This document shows, in pieces, positions 38,501 through 50,500 of a stretch of 64,000 bases of DNA; position 1 is the first letter of the stretch; every line of letters begins with the position of its first letter. The stretch comes from Tubulanus polymorphus (lineage: Eukaryota > Animalia > Nemertea). Where the stretch lies: positions 15,748,110-15,812,109 of the forward strand of contig NC_134030.1 in NCBI RefSeq assembly GCF_964204645.1, given 5' to 3'. The notes under the pieces are model-generated. The model ran no database searches. It saw nothing but the letters and a program-made list of their open reading frames with translations, and was not told the origin of the DNA. A program made the position numbers and the translations under genes.

Positions 38501-41500
38501 GAAATCATGAACTAAATGATCTTTTATACCATGCAGAGGTATCTAGGCCAATTTCATTGCATCATCGCTTAATTGCAACAAATCAAATATGATCGATATT
38601 CTTGTATGCAATTTTCCATGCGCAAAAAAATAGTAAAGGTTTGCGAGCGACGCTGTAGACATTCAGAATGAAATTTTTTAGGAGCCAATCAGAATGCAGG
38701 ATGAAACCGTAAATGGGATGTTGATCGTATCATATTTTCATCATATGCTATCATAAGATGATTGTTAAGGTGTGTGCCGAGTTAGAAAATCACAATACAT
38801 GTATTCGGTTTATGTGTCAAATACACTTTCAGTTTACACAGTACAATCATTTTTATCTCGTGCTAAGCCAGATTTGTTGAAATGGAGCCAAAAATCGAAT
38901 TTTTGCTTACAAATGAGGTTGTAACTTTAACACGAAGTCATGCAATCCACTATATTTTTGTGCAATATGTAGCTTGATCATGAGGCTAAAATCTGTTGGA
39001 AATGGATTTAGAATGTCGCGTTCATTTTCAGAGGAATCGACAAATTTGTGAGGATTTTTAAGAAAATTGAAACGAGCATTTTGTTTCATAAAACGTCTAG
39101 AAGGCCGTTGTACATCGTTAACTTGATCTGATAATCCATTAATCAGTCTATTAATCTGCTTGTATATTCGTGCCATTTTGTCGAATTTACTTTCTCATTT
39201 CCCAGTCATTGGACAGTCTCATTATATGTATATCTTAAATTTGATAGTTCTGGCGATTCTGTCTCCCCAGAACTATTTTATTATGAAAAAATTGTAGATT
39301 CAATCGATATGCTACATTGATGACGCCCGAACTGTCGCATTGGCCCAAACCCGACGCCGCGTTGATTGACATTAGACTATTAGATTTTCTTTCGGTTGAG
39401 CGTTTATTTTACGAAGAAAGTAATCATTTATGACATAGAGTACTGGCATTACTCATTACTTATTAGCCAACAGTTCATTCCACGTGCCATTGGTCCCACA
39501 TCTGATTAGTCCAGCGACTCAATGGTCCCACAATTTTTCATTTGACTTACTGCGCCAGAGATATAAAGATCCGTGGATCTCTTGTTAAACGTTACACAGA
39601 CAGTGAGATGAAGAGAACAATTATTTTGGATCAATTCTATCCTTCGTCTCATTGATTTGAATGCAAATTTCAAAATGCAATTCAGAATTTTGAATGCAAT
39701 TTATCAAAATAAAATTGAATTGGATTCAATATTTTCAAGCGGAATAAATTGTGATTGAATTTGCAATGCAAACACTTGGCTAATTTTCATATGAAATTTC
39801 TCTCAGCTGTCTTAAGAGCAGCTTAGCGATAATTTATGGATGGCATTTTACTTTTGTGCAAAGCCATTGCATTAGACAGCTAAAAATCTGGTTCCTGATC
39901 CCTTTAGAACCAACGATCCTCACCCCAGTTAGGCTATAATAAATCCATTATATATGCTTTAATAGACAACTCACCTTTTGTGCAGCAAATAGTACTGGAC
40001 CAGTGGCCAATCCTAATTTAAGATCAGCTGCAGTTGGTTTACCCATTAACTCAGTATTAGATATGAAATCTAATAAATCGTCTATTAATTGAAACGCTAT
40101 ACCAACATGTCTTCCATATAAATATGCTAACTGTGAGTCTTCTTCATCTGCACCACTCAATATAGCTACCTAGATATAACATATATGAATTCAAATTGAG
40201 AAATTAAGCACTAACATTATTTCAGCCCATTTGGATTTAGTTAATGAGCATTGGTTTGGTCAGGTGGAACTGGATGCATAAGATTGACACAGATGAGTTT
40301 GAGTAAAGTAAGTCATGGTTTCAATTAAACTATATAGGTTTGAAGAAATGCGCTATTAAACTTATTTTCGTATGACACCACACATCAGCTGGTACGAGTG
40401 TTGCAAATGAAACACTGCCAGACATGAACTTACTTCTGGTACATCAAATCAAATCACTTAATATCAAATCTTGGTAGACAATTTAGCAATTTGCTAAATC
40501 ATCTAATGGAAAAGACATTCAGGATTTAGTATACCCTCAAACCCTAACACTAAGTTTCAAACCCATCAAGAATTGTTGGCTATATCATCCTAACAAGGTC
40601 TCAAGGGGATAGGGCACACTGAGTAAAATATGACACCCAACAGGAATAACATAAAAAGATCTCATATCATCATGATATTTCCCAGTGAAAGTGTGAGGTT
40701 TGAAATTGGCAAAATTATTGTTGGATATCTCTTGTATTTTCACTTACATTTTCTTTTGTAACATTTTCAGTACTTCAATATCCTAAACAATATTATCTGA
40801 TTTTTAGCACTTAGCACTTTGTCAGCACTCAGTTGCTTGAATCACTAGTATTTCATTAGAAGTAAAATGGAAATAACTTCTTAACACTGCTTGCAACTAG
40901 AATAATGCCTTGCGGCCTTAACCCTTAACCTGCCGGCAGCTGTAATGTTAAGTCTTTTGTGTGCCAGGCCTGCATTTTTCAAAGCGGTGTTAAGTTATCC
41001 CTATGATAAGGCTATCCCGGTGTTAAATTTCACTATCCCAGTGATTGTTATCACAGGGATAAATTCTCATTTTTCAAAAGCATTTTATCCCAGTGATAAC
41101 TATCACCGGGATAAGAGCATTTATCCTGGTGATAACAATAAGAAAATGGCTGACATTTCAATCTAATTTCTCATTTCAAGAACAAACTTATAGGATTTCT
41201 TGACATAATAGATTCCAATGCAAACATAAATGATTGAAAAATATATTCGCGGTTCACATCACAGGATATAGATGCAGATAGGTGTGTTGCTACGGTGGTA
41301 ATTTTATATTTCAATTCATTTTAACACAGGGGCCAAAATGTTTGTCACGGAACTCCTCCATTACGGCATTTTACATCTTAGCAATTGTGCTAAATGTATA
41401 TTTTGTCTTAAGATTGGTTTTGTGTCCATATAGCGTATAACTTTCATTCACTAGGCTCGTTGATTAAATGAGCTGAAAATCTCCTTAGCCAACAGGAGCA

Positions 41501-44500
41501 AATTTATAATGACTAACGGGCACAGGTCAGCATAAGCAAGGAGGTTCGAATCCCGCAGAATCCCTGGACACACTGGTCAGCTGACTGAATCGCCTAAGGT
41601 GATCTTCAAGTGCTGATCCAGGCTCGTGCCATGCTTAACCCCCTAAACGTGTGCCCTTCAAAGTCAGTAAAAAATTTGGGTCAATTTTCATGTTTGTATT
41701 GTTGCAAAATGAAAAGCAATTCACTCTCAAATTATCTATTCAGGTACTTAATATTTAAGTTCTGTCGTTTATTCAATAGGGAATGTGCCCCTTTTCGCGG
41801 CAAAAAGTGCCTTTTTTCTTGAAATAGAACTGCCCCTCAAAACAGCTTGACCCCGACACACTAGGCAATTTTACTAATGATTTCGTTTAATTGCCTAGAA
41901 TAGTGTCCCCCGCCACGTGTGCACCAGTCAATTCCAAGGGATTTAAAAAATCATATGGTTCATGGGGTTTTTGCTATTATATGTTGAGTGCCCTTTCTTC
42001 AATAACGTAACTAAATTAGATAAACACCATGCAACCATAACAATGAAAAAAAATATTTTGTTCCTAGGGCCTTTGTCTCGGTACAAATCACAATGGATAC
42101 CTTTTCTGATGATATTTTGATTTATTTAATTTTTGATTTATCCTGGTGATAGTGTTGCCATCACCACGTTGAATGTGTGTTAACTATCACTGGGATAGCT
42201 GATTTTTCCCGGTGATAAAGCACACAGGTTTGAAAAACGCACTATCCCAGTGATAAAAATATTTAACACCGGGATAGCGATTTATCACCGGGATAAGGCT
42301 TATCACCGCTTTGAAAAACGCAGCCCAGATGATTTGCATGTTAACGAAATTTACTCATCAAATCCTCATAACTTCCAAACTATTGTGTATAGGGCACTGA
42401 AACTTCAATAAGTATTTTTTTGAAAGAGGGGGTCCACTGGGTGGGGTCATTTTTGGGGGTTCAGCGCAAAAATGCCCCCTATAAAGTTAGAATACTCACA
42501 ATTTTGTGTTACAAACCTTAACTATGCTTCAGTCTCAGTCTATTCAGTCTATTACAGTCTCAATGTATGAATCTCCATCAAAATTGCAAAAAATTTAATT
42601 TACGGGGCGTATTTGAGGGCAAAATTCTTGAAGCATTAAGAACTACATCTTGTCTTCATCTTCATAACACAAAATGTTTTTGGCAAACTAAAGTTGCTAC
42701 CAGTCAGCTATCATGGTAATGATCAGGCTAGTGTTTAGGAAAAAATCAATACAATCCATTAAAGTGTCTTCAAAATTTCCCAAAATATATGGTGTACAGA
42801 CAAAATTGAATGAAGTACGTAGCCTAATGGGAATAGTCCCCAGTGAGGTAACTAGGGGTCCGGGGACACATCGCCCACTTGGGCAGTGGTTTGAAATGAT
42901 CTACAAATGCGACCTGTTGATTCTGATTGTGCCGGTTTTTCTACTGCATATGTATCTAGGCTTGCTTAGTTTGCATGAATGAAATATCATGACAATCCAT
43001 TGAAGTGTATCTAGGGTAGATTAGTTAGCATGAATGAAATATCATGACAATCCATTGAAGTACATCTAGGGTAGATTAGTTTGTATGAATCATATATCAT
43101 GACAATCTATTTAAGCATCTTCAAAACTTCCAACAATAACTGGTTTCATGGCAGATGGTTGAACTAACAGATGAAACTCAGTAAACTTGAGTCGAGAAGA
43201 AAACACAATATCCGTGTATGATGAATAAACGCGAGAAATCCCACAATGAATACAGCCAAACAAGAAACTTGAATAGAAGAGTATATATTTGCGCAACGTT
43301 CTGGCTAAAGACTATTAGCCATCATCGGGCGTACTGAGAAATATATATATATATATATATATACATATATACTAGAACAAATCAAAAGAACCGAGTGAGC
43401 GATTAGAAAGTTTAAAGACAGATTAAAGTAATGACACAACAACTGGAAAACAATAGTATTCTACATCTATTCCTTGAACACGGATACTCCCCCTAGACTT
43501 TGGTTACGATACGTTGATGATATTCTTGCCCTTATACCTTGTGACTTTGATATTGATCTATTGGGGGTCCTCCCCAAAGAAAATTTTTGAAATTTAAAGC
43601 GTTTTCCAAGCAATTAGAGCGATCTTGAGCCCATGAACGATCACCATATTTTGAAAGTAATGTCCATTTCCAATGCGGCACATCCACATTTCACTAACAA
43701 TCATTATCTCAAACAGGACCCCTAACTAAGTGAACATTGTGCGCTGCGCACCGCGCTACCCGAATGACTGTATTGAGTATAGACACTCGAGACAATTCAA
43801 TTCAATTCAATTCAATCTTTATTCAGCATAAACATTAATGAAACATTGTTTGCAACTGATACAAATTCGGTAAAATCAAGTATATACATAATAGGAGATA
43901 AACAAATAATAAAATGAAGCATAATTAACACTAATTACAGATGAGTTAAAACATAATTGAAAATATACAGAACATTAATCAAAGAAATATTAGGACAATG
44001 GCAGACCGAGTTTAATAAATTTGGCTAGCTGAACAATGCTGGTTGTAGGGTTTAGGTTGTCGAAAGTGGAGATTAAACTATTAACGTCTAAGATAGCTAT
44101 ATCTAATTCCTTTCTCAGATTGGCAACTCTTTTACAATGGAACAAAAAGTGACATTCATCGTCCAACACATTACAAATATTGCACAAACGATTTTCCTTT
44201 TCTATACCGCGGTGTCTACCTTTTTCAATAATTAAGCTGTGAGTAGACGTCCGTAATTTAGCAACAGCATTTCTGAGGTTAAAATCTTTTAGCACTAATA
44301 AATATTTTTCTAACTTAAAACTTACTTTAACTGCTTTATAAAAATTATAACGGGAATGATCACTTGATCTTACGTCCTTATGCCAGAGATCTACAAAGAT
44401 AGCTGACAGACGCTTTCTAATACCCAGAATAATGTTATTCGAATAATGCCCCAAGTTGTTCCAAACACGACGCTACGTTTTCTCACTATACGTACTACTA

Positions 44501-47500
44501 CTAGTGGCTGTAAATAGACTTAGCCTATTAACGGTCGATCGCTCACACTATGGGGTCACGCAGATACGCTATTTTCGCAATATAAATAATCGCAACATTT
44601 CAAACAAACAGTTTAGAATAAAGTCCGGCATTCCGGATTAAAAAACTCCCTCCTCAGTTTGAGCCGTAGACGTAGCCTACACGTACAAATGAGGTCACAT
44701 CACACAGGTGCACGGCTATCGCCGAAAGAAATTATACACTTATTAAACTTCAGTAATAGAATCTAACTGTAAAATGAAATAAATGATGTCCGGTCTGCAG
44801 CGCTTTTACGGCCACCGCTACCAACAAACTTTCGAATAAACCCTACCCCCCCTCACATTTTCTCATTGTTTTTTGGCTTATCAGAAAAATGACCTTGGAC
44901 TTGAAAAATCCGGAATTCCGGATAAATCCGGAAAAATTTCCTCCCTGGTTCATTCTACTACTCTTTTTAATTATGCAGATCTGTTCACTTAGTGCCCTGG
45001 GCACTTTGGTGAGACTGGAGCCTCAGACATTGGTAGGCCGGAACAAATACATCAGATCGATTTGTATTACATTAAACTTTAAAGTGAGATATGGCCAGTT
45101 ATAGTTCAAAAAGATCGACAAACCAATGTGTATTACTTTCAAAGACTTTCTAATGATAATTGGACCGACAATTTCATTTAAAAAACTTATTTAACTGTAT
45201 GAAAAACACGCGTTTTCATAACGCGCACGGCAATATGAGCATATGCTATCACCGTAACGTATGTACTGTGTATCACTAGTGATCTTGATCTGCCAGCGCG
45301 GACTTGCCTCACTGATATGGCTAGACACCGACTGTTGCTACGCAATACATCTGCAGTAAATGAATAAACGAACGCCACACTGCCAAAAACTCGGCGACAA
45401 TTTCGGTCTAACTGTAAAAATTTAAGCCTTTCAAGGACATTGTTTGCCATTATCCCCTTTCATGTTCCTTCTCTTTGTTATTTTCTGATTATTCCTTAGT
45501 TTGTCCTCTCTTTTTAATCACTTTAGTATATGCCTTTCATTTTTAGATTACTTCAATCTGTTTTGCCCCTATTTTGCTTTTGCTAACTTAACTATTGTTT
45601 CCAGCCATTGTCATTATTTAAATCTATATTCCCCTTTCAACTTTTTAATCATTCACTCTGTTCTTTTGTTTTGTTCTAGTATAAATATCTGGTGATATTC
45701 TCCTGTTCTCAGAACGCCTGATGATGGCTAATAGTATTTAGCCGAAACATTGTGCAAATATATACTCTTCTATTCAAGTTTCTCGTTTTGGCTGTATTCA
45801 TTGTGAGATTTCTCACGTTGAAAAGTAAACTTATTAGCGAATGATATATTAATCTATATAGCGCATTTCTATAAAATATAATCAATGCACTTTTCATGAT
45901 TTAAACATGATGTAATGGTGAATGGATTAGATGGGTTTGGTTGCATAGAACCATCTCAATAAATCAGACTTACAGCTTTACAACTATTCGCAATTAAACT
46001 TGCTGTTTTCTTATAAGTTTTCTGTAAATAATGAGCAAATCTTTGATCTTCATCTTCTTTAGATCCGAGCTGCATAAATTCACCTGTAACATATTTCATT
46101 GATATAATTGAACAAGAGAATCATAAGTCCGTGGAAGCAATGCAAGCACACTTAATTCTCTTTAAGTTTCAAATCACATACTGTTATAAGAAACATAGAC
46201 AGTAAATTTTGATATGTTGAAGTCAGTGTAAGCGATTACACACATAATATTCACTGACTAATAAAGCTTCTTCTAAACAACATCCGAATTAGGAAAGATG
46301 GATTCGAGATTATAATATTGCCTTTTTAAAGCAAATAAATAACATTTATGGTGATAAGAGGTAATTTGACATCACAAATAACATTATCAGATGTTTCTGC
46401 TCTTAATTAGCACATACTAATGAATATATCTTTAGCAAATTCAATTCGATTTAACTTATAATTGTTTAAAATAACTAGAAAGCCAGCTAGAAAAGGCTGT
46501 GTTACCTACATGCGTACATGTCATTGACAATACAACATAATCATTTTGACAGAGAAAAACGGTTCAAAATTATGTTTGTCTCTGTGGAGTATGCCGCTAC
46601 GCTGCTAAATATTTGGCTTTCATATTCCTTGAGGTTCTTGTTCGTTGGACTATCCAATCAGTCCAGTTTCAAACTTGACTGAATGCCTCTTAAAAGCAGA
46701 TGAATAACAGCTAAATCAAAAACTCATTGAAGAAAATGATTCTATGACTTATCAAAACTTTATTGAAATCTTTCCAAAAAACATTTCTCAAATATCCAAT
46801 CTTTTACGACAATTAGAGATCAAGTGTGGCCTAAAATTGCTATTGTTTTTAACGACAGATAATGTTTCATTTATATGCGATACTCATTTTTGAGAAATTT
46901 TAGCTGTAATCAGTGATGGATTACTAAAATATTAAGGGCAAATATTATCAAAACTTTACTTTCCACGATTTCCCCTTACAAAAAATTCACGCATGTAATT
47001 TGTGTGAAAACCACATATTACACATGTGAAATGTGTGAAAGACATAAAAAACACAGGTGATCCCATTACACATGTGATCTGTGTTGCGGGGCACATCACA
47101 TGTGTGAATAACACATCATCACAGGTGTGGTTGTGAAATACATGTGTGATTGAGATGTTATTCACAACTCAAATCACGTGTGTGAACGCTGGGATCACAC
47201 ATGTGGTAACATCATTAAGTCCAATCTGCAACACTTGTGATTGTACATGTGATCACTTCGTCCGAACTAGTCCCATGTTTGTTCCAAATGCTGAACATCT
47301 GCATTTCACAAAATATGTTTTGTCATAAAATCGAATTTTTGAATAAGAATATTTCCATAACTGTTCTCATTACACGATATTTTCAGAACAGGAAAACATA
47401 TATTTTTAACACATGGTTCTAATACTACTGGGTTCTACCAAGTATGAGTGTCCTCTCAACCATTGATAGTTTATAGAGTTTGTATTTTTATTCCGCTTAA

Positions 47501-50500
47501 TTGATAAAAAGGTTATTCTATGGTTTTGCATTTGCTGTTAAGTTTAAAATAAATTGTCCATGGGCTAAGTCTGGTTTACCTTGAAAACTGGAGCCTGTTT
47601 GGCCAGGGCATTGCTTATGAAAATCTTTTTAATTCGTGGATTCGAAGATCTATTATTTTATTTCATCATTCTGAAAGAATAATTTTTTAGTCAAATCAAG
47701 GCCAAAAATAAACATTTGTTTACGGTCCACGTCCAAAATTACGTAAGGTAAAAAGTAGGCAGGAAATCATTTTATATTTGGACAAAAATAAATGAAAAAT
47801 ATTTCAATAAAATTCATATGATATCACCAATCAGAGGGTGGCTAAATATTGAGTCTTGACAACTGCTTCCAATCTATGGCCACGGATGCTACGTAACATA
47901 CCGGTACCGCAATAAAAAATCGGGGTATGAAAGAAGATCTTTATAAATCCTGGATTTTACCACTTAAATATTCTGACCTCGACCGATTACCTTTATAATT
48001 TGCTGCTAAGTATTTTCAGGTCACAAGAAATGACAATTTATTACAAATTCTATCAAACAGAAAACACAGCGCTCATCTTCTGCTGATGAAATGTCAAACG
48101 TGCATGCGCAAGCAAGCAGCGTTATTACAGTATCACTATATAGTAGTGTATATTTTAGTGTAGTAAGAGCATGTGTGTGTGTGCAACAATCTAATGATTA
48201 GCGCTCGCACGCACGTGGAGGCCTTAGTTTTTTGTAGAAATTTAACAAAGTTGACCATGTCATTGGCGGAGGTTCACCATGTCTTCAATGGCATCGATTA
48301 TACGTCGCTTAAGCTGAGAACCAATGAAGTAAATGCTCACATAAAAAACGTACCGCAAATTCACACGAATTGGCTCAATGCCAACTTCATATCGCTGACA
48401 AACGTTAATCAACAAGAGGACTTTAAAGTCCTGGGGTTCGAAGAAGCAAAGTCTGATATACAAATTATAAATCACATAAAAGAAAGGCAAATTATGAAAT
48501 GAAATTGATATTCCATTAGAGAAGTGTGTTTAAAAAAATTCAATTTGTTTTCCGTTTGCATTGCGCACACGGTAATGTTACTGTTTACATCTGACGTCAT
48601 CGATAAAATGGGGCGCGCAGCTGAGCCTGCCTGTCAATCAACATAATTGGTTTACACTAAAAATGTGCTTACTTGAAAAACTATGTAGTGTATCAATCTA
48701 GAATTTTCGGCACAATATTCGATGCTAAATACCTTACGTTAAAGGTTTATTTGGTGTAAATCGGATCACAAATATTTCTAATATTTTGTTCTTAACTTTT
48801 GAAGTGGAAGCCGGTGTCGGTATCAACGTGTGTATGGCTGTACGTACGGGTACTGGCGCTTTAACAAGCTCAGCATTGATGGTGTATTTATGCGCGAGTA
48901 GATGTAATGATTTGTTTTAACCAACCGCTAAATCAGCATTCATTATGCATGATTTTAGAAAATGATATTATTCAGAGTATTTGAATACATCTATCATGAT
49001 AATTATAATATTCTTAAGACAAGTGAATTACGTATGTGGACCTATTTCATTGAGGCGAATCACTCAATCCGAAAAAAATCTTCTGATCCTGTCACATGAC
49101 TTCATGACTGCAACTTGACGATAGCTTAGGTTCTCATTCTTCGAACCAAAAATATAACGAAGACAGTGTTTCTGCCAACTAAAACGACACTCACATCCCA
49201 AGTGGAATTATACCTGGGCTCTGAGGGTCGCATATCATATGCGTCCCTAATAAATCTTACTACTGTGACCAAATATTTGACATATTAATCTGAGGTATGG
49301 CCAATCTGGCAGTATTTAATGAAGTATGTGATAACTTTTCATCAAAAAGTTCTGACAGAAATTTCAAAAGTTTATTGACATCCGCCTGCAAAAAAATACG
49401 TAGGGGCGGTACGTACGAGCGCCGAAGGCGCGAGCACTTATCGGGAACGGTTTTCGATATGTAGGTGCTCAGATGCGTTTTCCCAGCATTTTGGGTCATA
49501 ATCAACTAGTTTAAGTTCGGTAATTCTAATAGCCTTTGGCTAGAAAGTGAACATCGGCAGTTTGCTTGAAGCACTTTTCTGAAGGAGATTGGTAGTCCTA
49601 CGTGCATAAAATAGTTTGATGTTCTTCCATTCATATAACTAGATTTGTCAATAAAGCTCAGCAAGCCTTTATTTATTTCCATTTGGTAACCTAATGTTTG
49701 AAAAAAATTTTGGTAATCATAATAAGTTTTTCTACGGGCATTGAGACTTGAAAACTTTATTTTGAAGAATTTATTTTTTTAATTTTTAACATGCCGGGAA
49801 ATACCAGGATATTTATAGGCCTGACCTGAGCGGCGCCGCACGGCTCCGCGTTGGCCATAGAGGCACTACGATACTTCCTGACGATTGGACCTGTCGGATC
49901 TTCTCCAGACATCTGGATATTACAATGAAAGGAGGAAACCAGTTATTATTATGACTTGTCCAACATATTGTGATTGCGTTAATAGATTTTGCCCCGGTCT
50001 GGTTTCCAAGATGCGTAAAGTCGCAGTTGAGCATTAGCTCTTGACGCAAACTGGTCAATTTCTAACTCTCCAAAATAATATACTGCTTGATTAAAGACCT
50101 GTCTATTGAGCATCCATTCAATTCGGCGGTGAAAATGCCTGCACTCGAAATCTGTAACGACATTCAAATGCCTTAGCATGTATGCTGTTGAAATCCACAG
50201 CTCTTTGCTTATAAACCATTCATTATGCTGGAGTGACTGTGAACCCCCATGTGGTTCATCCATGTGATGGCAGTAGTATTATCTGTCTTGAGAAGGACAT
50301 TGGTGTGATAAATATCTCCACAAAATGACTTCAGTGCTAGAAATCCAGCCAAGAGTTCGAGATAATTAATTGTCTCTTCCTATCACTATACAATATGGCT
50401 TACCTGCCCCCTGTTTTTCAAATTTCAATACTAGGGTTCCTCGACCAATTCTCTTGTGAATTGTGAGAATTTCTTTAATCCACCAACCTCATTCCATTTT

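Larger units (their letters stand above)
43111..45900 (+). mobile_element. Penelope-like element remnant: inverted terminal repeat, RT fragment, terminal repeat, with later insertions
   Basis: 43250-43440 is the reverse complement of ~45600-45790. RT remnant PPRLWLRYVDDILALIP at ~43490-43540. Both repeats carry hammerhead motifs. Confidence 0.6.

Noticed and set aside
41450-41650. tRNA gene at the B-box GGTTCGAATCC (~41544)
   Set aside because: No acceptor, D or anticodon stems can be folded; it is more likely a SINE fragment.
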